The notes under the pieces were generated by a model that worked only from the letters and a program-made list of their open reading frames with translations, ran no database searches and had not been told where the DNA came from. From Syntrophorhabdales bacterium (GTDB taxonomy: Bacteria > Desulfobacterota > Syntrophorhabdia > Syntrophorhabdales > Syntrophorhabdaceae): DNA of 64,000 nt. Where the stretch lies: positions 5,384 through 69,383 of the forward strand of contig JAGPMK010000001.1 in the NCBI GenBank assembly GCA_018052995.1, written 5' to 3'. The position numbers were made by a program, and so were the translations under genes. Positions 29,941 to 38,036 of the stretch are shown here, one piece after another. Every line of letters starts with the position of its first letter. The stretch's first letter is position 1.

Positions 29941-30438
29941 ATGTCTGTAGTAGGAATACCTATACTTGAAGGTCTATACCCAGTAACCATGGACATGTGG
30001 CCACTGGAATCAAAGGAATTTAACAGGATCTGGCCCTTTTATGAAAATCTCAAACAGGGTAGATTTACCACAACAAAGTGTAAGGACTGCGGATTTGTTG
30101 CATACCCACCCAGGGTCATCTGCCCTGAGTGTTATTCAGAAAACCTTGAATATATTGACCTTCCCACAAAAGGAAAGGTTATTGTCTTCTCAGAAGAGGT
30201 AAAGGGTGTGCCCCTTGGTTTTGAGTCACCCCTTATCCACGCTGTCATTGATCTTGGTGTTGATCCAGCGAGAAGGGTTTTAAGTAGAATCGTAAACTGC
30301 CCTGCCGGTGTGTTAAAACAGGGAGATGAGGTCCAGCTTGCAGTATTTCCGGTCCCAGCCTATCCTATTGAGAAAGGCAAGGCAGGGACAGTAATGGCAG
30401 AAAGGGTATTTTTTGCCTTTGAGCCAGTAAAGAAATAG
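29941..30438 (+). CDS. DUF35 Zn-ribbon / OB-fold acyl-CoA-associated protein
   Basis: CKDCGFVAYPPRVICPECYS is a four-Cys rubredoxin-like ribbon, followed by an OB-fold-length C-terminus. SD GGAGGAG. Confidence 0.8.
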   Translation: MSVVGIPILEGLYPVTMDMWPLESKEFNRIWPFYENLKQGRFTTTKCKDCGFVAYPPRVICPECYSENLEYIDLPTKGKVIVFSEEVKGVPLGFESPLIHAVIDLGVDPARRVLSRIVNCPAGVLKQGDEVQLAVFPVPAYPIEKGKAGTVMAERVFFAFEPVKK

Positions 30439-30458
30439 GCAAAAATTTTTAGATTATA

Positions 30459-30493
30459 AGGTGGAGTGTATAAACTACACTCCACCTTTTTTT
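30459..30493 (+). terminator. Rho-independent terminator of the hbd-crt-thiolase-DUF35 operon
   Basis: AAGGTGGAGTGTA-TAAAC-TACACTCCACCTT followed by a T7 run. Confidence 0.8.
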
Positions 30494-30595
30494 GTGTAAA
30501 AGGCATTTTTATTTGATTTACATTCATCATATAATGTAATTTATTATAATCCAGCCGCCATGGATGGATAATAAAATTAAGGAGGGGTATAGGGT

Positions 30596-30976
30596 ATGGC
30601 TAAATATTGTCTGGTGATCTGTTTGATTATCTTTACACTGACAGCATGCGGACCTGTCACAGAAAATGGTTTTTATTCAGACAAATACTCACAGCAACAG
30701 GTTGTTGAGGCGGCCAAAAAAGGCAATGTCCAGAAGGTAGGTTCATTTTATCTGGAACCAAGTGGTTGCGGATTCTATAAGGGTGAATCTATCACCCAGA
30801 ATATACTTCTACCATCAATCCAGGAACAGCTCAAACAGATGAACGCAAACGCCGCTGATAATATCCTTATTAAAGAACAGTGGTATGATATGCCCCTCGG
30901 TCTCCTTATATTCCCCGCCGCGATGGGATGCTCGAACTGGGTAATCCAGGGTGATGCATTGCTTGTTAAGGAATAA
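30596..30976 (+). CDS. Hypothetical lipoprotein (126 aa)
   Basis: Signal peptide with lipobox LTAC (MAKYCLVICLIIFTLTAC). SD AAGGAGGGG 8 nt upstream. No family recognised. Confidence 0.6.
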   Translation: MAKYCLVICLIIFTLTACGPVTENGFYSDKYSQQQVVEAAKKGNVQKVGSFYLEPSGCGFYKGESITQNILLPSIQEQLKQMNANAADNILIKEQWYDMPLGLLIFPAAMGCSNWVIQGDALLVKE

Positions 30977-31025
30977 ATATATAATCTCGTTGATAAAGAG
31001 GGGAAATGGTTTAAGTATTGGCTCT

Positions 31026-31646
31026 ATGAACAGGGCTATCCTATCTGTTATCTTTTTCGTATGTCTTTTTATTGTATCCCCATCATTATATGGAAAAGAG
31101 TATACTGTAAGCAAGGTAATAGATGGGGATACAATACAACTTGAAACTGGCGAGATTGTGAGATATATAGGTGTGGATGCACCAGAATTAAAGACAAAAA
31201 ATAGCGTACCAGAATTCTACGCAAAAGAGGCAGCAAGGTTCAACAAAAGGCTGGTTCTCCTTAAAAAGGTAACCCTCGAGTTTGATGTTGAAAAAAAAGA
31301 CCAATATGGTAGGTTGCTTGCCTATGTATTTGTGAAAAAAACATTTGTAAATGGTGAGTTGGTAAGGCTTGGCTACGCAAGGGCATTAATCAAACCCCCA
31401 AATCTAAAATATAAAGACCTGCTCCTTACGTATCAGCAAAAGGCAATGGATGAGGAGAGGGGTCTATGGCAGGAGAAGAAAAAGGATACAGAGACTACAT
31501 ACATCGGCAACAAGAGGACCTATGTCATCCATAGACCAGGATGTCCCCTTGCAAAAAAGATATCTGATAAGAACAGGATAATGTTCAAAAGCAGGGTAGA
31601 TGCAATACGTATAGGTTATACACCTTGTAGACAGTGTAAACCATGA
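31026..31646 (+). CDS. Secreted thermonuclease (SNase-fold) with a C-terminal His/Cys putative Zn-binding tail
   Basis: Start trimmed to the ATG at 31026, which gives a clean signal peptide (MNRAILSVIFFVCLFIVSPSLYG). SNase motifs are VIDGDTI, RYIGVDAPE, YGRLLAYVF and GYAR. The tail is HRPGCP...GYTPCRQCKP. No SD is visible, so the start is only moderately supported. Confidence 0.8.
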   Translation: MNRAILSVIFFVCLFIVSPSLYGKEYTVSKVIDGDTIQLETGEIVRYIGVDAPELKTKNSVPEFYAKEAARFNKRLVLLKKVTLEFDVEKKDQYGRLLAYVFVKKTFVNGELVRLGYARALIKPPNLKYKDLLLTYQQKAMDEERGLWQEKKKDTETTYIGNKRTYVIHRPGCPLAKKISDKNRIMFKSRVDAIRIGYTPCRQCKP

Positions 31647-33058
31647 AAGAGGCATATATAGAATACTGGGGTCTTGAGAGGCACCCCTTCCTTATGGCGC
31701 CTGATAGCCATATGATGTATGTGACCGGTCAATATTATGAGTGCCTTGAGAGATTAAAATACGCGGTTAATACCCACAAGGGTGGCGTTCTGATTGTTTC
31801 AGAGGATGCTGGGCTTGGAAAGACAACCATACTCCTGAAGCTCATAGAGGAGCTGCACCAGCAATATGGAGAGGCATTCAAACATGCCCTTGTTGACCAC
31901 CCCACATTAGACCCTTCACAGATGATTTCATATATAACTGCTGCGATATCTGGTTATACGCCCCATGATGACAAATTGAAAAATATCCTCATGTTAAAAG
32001 AGTCCCTCATAGATATAAAGAGAATGGGGGGGAAGGCAATAATCATAGTAGACGAAGGTCAGATGCTCTGTGGTGCCCATGATGTCCTCCAGGAGTTAAG
32101 GGTCTTAATAAACCTTAGTCATGAAAACGAGTATCTCCACACACTTATCTTCTCTGGTCAGAGGCCTCTCTGGGAGGAGATAAAGAGGCTCCCTGAATTC
32201 TGGCAGAGACTGCCTGTTCGTTATTATTTTGTTCCGTTAAGGTTGGATGAAACAAGGGAGATGATAAGATTTAGACTTAAAAGGGCAGGCATAAACAGTG
32301 AGAGGCGAATATTCTCTGACGATGCCCTTGAGGTGATTCATAAATCTGCCAAAGGCTCACCGAGGACAATTATTGCCCTTGCTGACCTGGCACTTCTAAT
32401 AGGATATACAGATCGTGCCGGAATGATAGGCTTTAAGGAGATAACAAAGGCGCTCAATGTAATGTCAGGAAGGGGAGAAGGCCTTCCATATATAACATAT
32501 GAGAGGGATCATAAAAAACCCTCAGCCCAGGGGACCGGGAGATCTACTAAAACAGATAATACGAAAGATATAAAGGAAACATCAACTGGTTACAGTTCAA
32601 GTGCCTTCAAAAGGGAGCCAGATTATAGGATTGCCAGGCCCTTTTTCATTATCCTTTTTTGTATCTCACTGTTACTTGTAGGTGCAGTAGGCTATCATTA
32701 TTTTTTTGGTTCACAGAAAAATAAAGATATCCCTGTTAATAGAGTAGAGACAGCAGCACCAAAGAAGGCACCAGACATACAGGAGGAAACACAAGATAGA
32801 CCATTGGCGCAGGAGATTATAAAGGTTGAAGACAGACCTGAATTTAGAAAAAAGCTAGTGGTAACAAAAGGGAGAGCTAATATAAGAAGTGCGCCAGATA
32901 TATTTTCTCCAAGGGTGGGGGTTATATTTAAGGGAGAGTCTTTAAAGATAATTGAAGAGAAGAAAGACGAAAAAGGGGATATCTGGTATAAGATTCCTTT
33001 ATATGGAGACAAGGAGGGGTGGATTTCAGATAGTGTTGTCAGGGTAAGCGAGTGGTAG
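31643..33058 (+). CDS. ExeA/MshM-like AAA ATPase (AAA_22 type) fused to a TM segment and a C-terminal bacterial SH3 domain
   Basis: ATGA overlap with the SNase stop. The N-terminus YWGLERHPF...YYECLERLKYAV is ExeA-like. It has Walker A DAGLGKTT, Walker B IIIVDEGQ and a TM segment FFIILFCISLLLVGAVGYHYFF. The C-terminus GRANIRSAPDIFSPRVGVIFKGESLKIIEE...WYKI...GWISDSVV is SH3_3-like. Confidence 0.75.
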   Translation: MKEAYIEYWGLERHPFLMAPDSHMMYVTGQYYECLERLKYAVNTHKGGVLIVSEDAGLGKTTILLKLIEELHQQYGEAFKHALVDHPTLDPSQMISYITAAISGYTPHDDKLKNILMLKESLIDIKRMGGKAIIIVDEGQMLCGAHDVLQELRVLINLSHENEYLHTLIFSGQRPLWEEIKRLPEFWQRLPVRYYFVPLRLDETREMIRFRLKRAGINSERRIFSDDALEVIHKSAKGSPRTIIALADLALLIGYTDRAGMIGFKEITKALNVMSGRGEGLPYITYERDHKKPSAQGTGRSTKTDNTKDIKETSTGYSSSAFKREPDYRIARPFFIILFCISLLLVGAVGYHYFFGSQKNKDIPVNRVETAAPKKAPDIQEETQDRPLAQEIIKVEDRPEFRKKLVVTKGRANIRSAPDIFSPRVGVIFKGESLKIIEEKKDEKGDIWYKIPLYGDKEGWISDSVVRVSEW

Positions 33059-33226
33059 TCATACACCTTAATATGGATAGAGACCTTTCAAAATGACAGC
33101 CCTTGAGATAGCTACTGACTATCTTTAGGAGATCCCTGATTACTATACAAGACCTTTGAAGATGGAAAAAGAGGCAGAGGAAGAGATAGAGACAAAAGCA
33201 AAAAAAGGAAAAGAAGTAGAGTCTTT

Positions 33227-34069
33227 GTGACCGATTTAATCAGAATTGAATCAGGCAGATATAGGGTTTATCTTAAATCAGAGAAATACGATATTGAGCG
33301 GTTGATAATGGGGCTTAAGGATACCCCTGTGTCAGTAAAAAAAGGCAGACTTGGCATAAAAATTCTGCATTTAGATAGTATAAAGATTGCGTGCAGGCAG
33401 TATGCCCATGGAGGGATGCTAAGGAGATTCACAGGGGATATGTTTTTTAGTGCAAAAAGGGCAATCCGCGAGATGGAGATCCTTTCATATCTCGCCTCTT
33501 CAGGCATCCCTGCTGTTGAACCTGTATGTGTCATAGAGGAAAAGAATTGTTTCTTCAAAAAACTTTATCTCCTTACAGTGTTTGAAGAAAAAACAGAGAA
33601 TCTCCTTGAGTTTCTCGCCCATGCCGACAAGAGAACGAGGTTGAGGATGGCAAAAAAGGTTGCCTTGCTTTTCTGGATGCTTGAGTCTGTAGGTATCTAC
33701 CACCCTGACCTCCATCTTGATAATATCCTTGTGGGTATTGATGCCTCAAGATCTAATAGGAATTTTGTAAGACAGGGTGCATATTTAGGACAGCACGATC
33801 TCCTTCTTATTGATTTTGATCGTGCAGAGAGAAAAATAATCACAGCAAGGGATATAGAGAGGATGCTCTGGAGATTAAACAGGTATACGGAAAAGATGGA
33901 GAGAAATGGGAGGTTGAAGCTGGATGCAGATGAAAAAACACTGTTTTTAAGGACCTATGAAAGAGTGACAGGAAGATCCGTATTAGAATCCATGAGGACT
34001 GAATTAAGACGAAAACAGCTTTTGTCAAGGATTGGTTGGGTAGTAGAGTCTGTGTTCTACAGAACATAG
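33227..34069 (+). CDS. Lipopolysaccharide kinase (Kdo/WaaP/InaA) family protein
   Basis: GTG start. It has a protein-kinase-like catalytic loop IYHPDLHLDNILV and the IDFDRA motif. 280 aa. Confidence 0.7.
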   Translation: MTDLIRIESGRYRVYLKSEKYDIERLIMGLKDTPVSVKKGRLGIKILHLDSIKIACRQYAHGGMLRRFTGDMFFSAKRAIREMEILSYLASSGIPAVEPVCVIEEKNCFFKKLYLLTVFEEKTENLLEFLAHADKRTRLRMAKKVALLFWMLESVGIYHPDLHLDNILVGIDASRSNRNFVRQGAYLGQHDLLLIDFDRAERKIITARDIERMLWRLNRYTEKMERNGRLKLDADEKTLFLRTYERVTGRSVLESMRTELRRKQLLSRIGWVVESVFYRT

Positions 34070-34152
34070 GCTGCAGCAAATCAGGTCCTTCCTTGTTTGA
34101 AAACAGCCTCATAGGTTTTTTAATAGGCCTCAATATTACAAAAGGATGGGAT

Positions 34153-35466
34153 ATGGCTGATAGTACTGAGAGGTTTCTGAAAGATATAAAGGATATATTC
34201 TCCCTTACAGCTGAGAATGCCCGTGGTGTAATGGTTCGTTTTCACAGGGAGATGGAGCTCGGTCTGGCAGGTGAAAAAAGCTCACTAAAGATGCTGCCAT
34301 CGTTTGTGCACCGGCCTAAAGGCACAGAGAAGGGCACTTTTCTTGCCATTGACTTAGGCGGGACCAACATAAGGGTTTTGGCTATAAGGCTTCTGGGGGA
34401 TGGGGTTATAGAGCCTGTTGCGCTAAGCCGATTTACTATCAGCGATGAGGTTATGACAGGGACAGGGGATATGTTCTTTGATTTTATTGCAGGATGTATT
34501 GAGGTATTCTTCAGAGAAAACAATATTACCAAGCAGCCATTCAATCTTGGTTTCACATTTTCCTTTCCCGTGGTCCAATCATCTGTAAACAGTGGTTTGC
34601 TCATATCATGGACAAAAGGATTTTCTGTATCAGGTGTTGAAGGAAAGGATGTAGTTGCCCTTTTAAATGATGCGCTCATCAGAAACAGGATGGGGTTTAT
34701 CCATATCTCTGCACTTATAAATGATACTGTTGGGACCATTGCAGCAGGAAGCTACAGCAATCCTCTGTGTGATATGGGTGTAATCCTTGGCACAGGGACA
34801 AATGCATGCTATCCTGAAAAGATAGATAAAATAGGCAAATATAGTGGCTCCGATGCCTTGGATGAGATGATAATAAATATTGAATGGGGTGGCTTTGACA
34901 AGCTTGAAAGAAATCGCTATGATGAGGCCCTTGAGGTAAACTCCCAGAATCCAGGTGAACAGAGGCTTGAGAAGATGGTTTCAGGGATGTATCTCGGTGA
35001 GATTGCAAGGCTTATAATAATTGATATGATAGAAAAAGGGCTCATTATATCAAGGGAGATTAAATCCCTCTTTATGCTACCCTATAGTCTTACCACAAAA
35101 CACCTGTCTCTATTTGCCTCTGGTATTGATATATTTAAAGCAGCAGGGGTTGATAATCTCTCTGATAAGGACATAAGGTGCATTAGAGAGATAGCCAACC
35201 TTGTATCTACAAGGTCAGCAAGGATTGCTGCTACTGCCATTGCCTCTGTTGTCACATGGATGGACCATGGTCTTCAATATAGCCATCATATTGCCATAGA
35301 TGGTTCATTGTTTGAGAAGTACCCTGGCTATAAAGACATAATGGAGTCTATGTTCCATGAGATCCTTGGTGATCCATCAGAAAAAATAAGGCTTGTCCCT
35401 ACCCATGACGGTTCAGGGACAGGTGCGGCAATTATAGCAGCTCTTGAATCGCTTAAAAAACGCTGA
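34153..35466 (+). CDS. Hexokinase (eukaryote-type hexokinase_1/_2 fold)
   Basis: Start trimmed to the ATG at 34153. Motifs are LAIDLGGTNIRV, LGFTFSFPV, ALINDTVGT, GTGTNACY, EWGGF and C-terminal DGSGTGAAIIAA. Confidence 0.88.
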   Translation: MADSTERFLKDIKDIFSLTAENARGVMVRFHREMELGLAGEKSSLKMLPSFVHRPKGTEKGTFLAIDLGGTNIRVLAIRLLGDGVIEPVALSRFTISDEVMTGTGDMFFDFIAGCIEVFFRENNITKQPFNLGFTFSFPVVQSSVNSGLLISWTKGFSVSGVEGKDVVALLNDALIRNRMGFIHISALINDTVGTIAAGSYSNPLCDMGVILGTGTNACYPEKIDKIGKYSGSDALDEMIINIEWGGFDKLERNRYDEALEVNSQNPGEQRLEKMVSGMYLGEIARLIIIDMIEKGLIISREIKSLFMLPYSLTTKHLSLFASGIDIFKAAGVDNLSDKDIRCIREIANLVSTRSARIAATAIASVVTWMDHGLQYSHHIAIDGSLFEKYPGYKDIMESMFHEILGDPSEKIRLVPTHDGSGTGAAIIAALESLKKR

Positions 35467-35487
35467 TTGGAAAAAACACGGCAATAA

Positions 35488-35964
35488 TCACCCCAAATTC
35501 TGTATGGTCTTTATTATATCACTTGTAGAATGGTCTTTTGGGTCCCCAACAATTGCAACCCTGCCACCATATGATAAGACTATCTCCCTCTCAGGGACAC
35601 TCTCCTCAGTATAATCTGTGCCTTTAGCATGGATATCTGGCTTAAGCTCCATCAGCAGTCTCTCCACGGTAGGTTCACTAAAAACAGTTATATAATCCAC
35701 ACAATCTATGGCAGAGATGATCTCTACCCTCTCATCTACAGGGGTAATGACCTTTTTTCTCTTTCCAAGCCCTGTAACTGATACATCATCGTTGATAGCC
35801 ACAACAAGGCAGTCACCAAGCTCCTTTGCACCCCTTAAGTATCTTATGTGTCCCACATGGAGGATATCAAAACAACCATTTCCAAACACTATCCTTCTGC
35901 CTTTAGCCCTTTCTTCTTCTATTAACTCTTTTAATCTATTGATATCCCTTACTATCCTGCCCAT
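35488..35964 (-). CDS. hldC: D-glycero-beta-D-manno-heptose-1-phosphate adenylyltransferase (RfaE domain II as a separate protein)
   Basis: Cytidylyltransferase motif GNGCFDILHVGHIRYL. 158 aa. It overlaps the upstream kinase gene by 29 nt. Confidence 0.88.
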   Translation of the reverse strand: MGRIVRDINRLKELIEEERAKGRRIVFGNGCFDILHVGHIRYLRGAKELGDCLVVAINDDVSVTGLGKRKKVITPVDERVEIISAIDCVDYITVFSEPTVERLLMELKPDIHAKGTDYTEESVPEREIVLSYGGRVAIVGDPKDHSTSDIIKTIQNLG

Positions 35965-36946
35965 CTCTCTCCATGCCTATCTCTATCTCTCTTTTTAGTT
36001 CCTCGGGACTTACTGTAGCTGTGCCCCTCTTCATAACCACCACCCCTGCGGCGTAATTGGCTATCATAGAGGATGTAAGATAACTCGCACCACTGGCAAG
36101 GGAGAGCGTCAGGGTAGCACACACTGTATCCCCTGCCCCGGTTACGTCTGTTACATCATCTGTTCCTGATATGGGTATATGATGGATAGAGCCATCCTTT
36201 AAAAAAAGGCTCATGCCCCTGTTTCCCCTTGTTATAAGGAGCGCAGAGATATCCATAAAACCCATTATCCTTCTTCCCACCACCTCAATATCATCATCCT
36301 CTCCTGCGGAGCACAGGGCATATGCCTCAGACTCATTTGGTGTAATTATTGTTATGCCTTTAAATGCCCTGAGGTTATACCTTGAATCACCCACAACAAT
36401 CTTTTTTTCTGCCTCATGTCTTAAAAAATCTACTATCTCTTCATCTATTGTCCCGTGTCCATAATCTGAAAGGATAAAGGCATCTACTGCATGCGCAATC
36501 TCCTTCAATCTTTTCATAAGAAGTTGCCTTGCAACAGATGTAGGCCTATCCCCTGTATCTTTGTCTATCCTTATGACCTGCTGCTTTGATGTATGGGTAT
36601 CTCCGGCCAGTATCCTTGTCTTTGTCACTGTCTCGCCATCATACCTTATTATGCCATCTAGGGCTATATTCTTAAATCTTGCAAAATATCCCATTAATCT
36701 TTCACCAGGGCTGTCATTTCCAATAAATCCAAGGGGGTAAACGTGGGCACCCAGTGCCAAAAGATTATTAATTGTATTTCCTGCGCTACCCGGACAGACT
36801 ATCTCATTTTCGTGCCTAATAACCACCACAGGTGCCTCCCTTGAAAGCCTGTATGGCTTTCCATAGATGAACACATCTGCAATGATATCACCTATTACAC
36901 ATATCCTCTTTTTGCTGAATCTATCAACAATGTTTATAAACTCCAT
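35936..36946 (-). CDS. hldA: D-glycero-beta-D-manno-heptose-7-phosphate kinase (RfaE domain I, PfkB family)
   Basis: Start trimmed to the ATG at 36946 (MEFINIVDRFSKKRICVIGDIIADVF). The PfkB C-terminal motif DVTGAGDTV is present. Confidence 0.88.
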   Translation of the reverse strand: MEFINIVDRFSKKRICVIGDIIADVFIYGKPYRLSREAPVVVIRHENEIVCPGSAGNTINNLLALGAHVYPLGFIGNDSPGERLMGYFARFKNIALDGIIRYDGETVTKTRILAGDTHTSKQQVIRIDKDTGDRPTSVARQLLMKRLKEIAHAVDAFILSDYGHGTIDEEIVDFLRHEAEKKIVVGDSRYNLRAFKGITIITPNESEAYALCSAGEDDDIEVVGRRIMGFMDISALLITRGNRGMSLFLKDGSIHHIPISGTDDVTDVTGAGDTVCATLTLSLASGASYLTSSMIANYAAGVVVMKRGTATVSPEELKREIEIGMERDGQDSKGYQ

Positions 36947-37013
36947 GGCATTGGTTTCAGGCTCCTTATCCTTCAATCTATATCCTGGTGTCCTATTTTT
37001 TCTATCATCTTTT

Positions 37014-38036
37014 CTATCGGGTTTTCCAATCCTCTGCCCCCTGTCCTTTTTTTCCAATTACCCCCTCCACCTTTTTATAGACCTCAGCAGGGGTTATCCC
37101 TGAAAGACACTCCAGATTTTTATTACATGTTTTTTGGTTACATGGTCTGCAGGGCACATCCTTGATGAATCTAAATGTATTAGCACTAAAATACTCTGTA
37201 TATATCTCGTCCATAGGACCGATAAGCACAAAGGTGGGGACTGAAAGGGCAGCTGAGATATGTCTTGGCCCGGTATCATTACTTACTACAGCAACAGCCC
37301 TTGAGATGCACACCTTAAGATCCGATATCCCAAGGTCCTTTATCTCTATATTATCTCTGTGGATAGCCCTATTCTTTATATCAATACCCACATCTATCTC
37401 ATCCTTCCCTGGCAGTATAATAACGCTGTAATCCATTTTTTCTATTATCATATCTGCAAGCTCTGCAAAATAGGATGGCAACCAGCGCTTTGAGGGACCA
37501 TACTGGGCACCGGGGATGAATACAACATAGGGGCTCTGACTAAACCCGTGGTTCTCATTGAATCTCTCTTCTTCATCAGGTGTTACAGCCAGCACAGGTT
37601 CCTTAAATAGTCTCTTCTCCCCCATAGCATCTAAAATTTTTAGGTAATGCTCTACTGTTGGTTCAGGTATTGTTGTGTCCCTCACCTTTAATGTGAGCAT
37701 AAAACCCCTTTTATCTCTTGGGTATCCAATCCTTTGCCTGACCCCGGCAAGAAAAAATAACATTGCAGAACGCATTGAATGGGGAAGGGCTATTGCCCTT
37801 TCAAATCTCTGTTCTTTTACTATGCTTACTGTATCAAAAAAATGGGCTATGCTTTTGTTCTCTAGGGGCATAAAACGGTCAAAAAAATCCATACCATTAA
37901 AGAGGCTTATGGCGCTGGTCTTACCTATTGCCCACAGCTTATCATCGAGCGATGCCCTAAGTGATCTGAGAAAAGGGGTTGCCATAACCATATCACCAAT
38001 CCAGTTAGGGAGATAGACTATCGTCTTGCCAGTCAC
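37014..38036 (-). CDS. ADP-heptose:LPS heptosyltransferase (glycosyltransferase family 9)
   Basis: GTG start. Sequence KTIVYLPNWIGDMVMATPFLRSL, plus the C-terminal SNDTGPRHISAA motif. Confidence 0.85.
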   Translation of the reverse strand: MTGKTIVYLPNWIGDMVMATPFLRSLRASLDDKLWAIGKTSAISLFNGMDFFDRFMPLENKSIAHFFDTVSIVKEQRFERAIALPHSMRSAMLFFLAGVRQRIGYPRDKRGFMLTLKVRDTTIPEPTVEHYLKILDAMGEKRLFKEPVLAVTPDEEERFNENHGFSQSPYVVFIPGAQYGPSKRWLPSYFAELADMIIEKMDYSVIILPGKDEIDVGIDIKNRAIHRDNIEIKDLGISDLKVCISRAVAVVSNDTGPRHISAALSVPTFVLIGPMDEIYTEYFSANTFRFIKDVPCRPCNQKTCNKNLECLSGITPAEVYKKVEGVIGKKGQGAEDWKTR

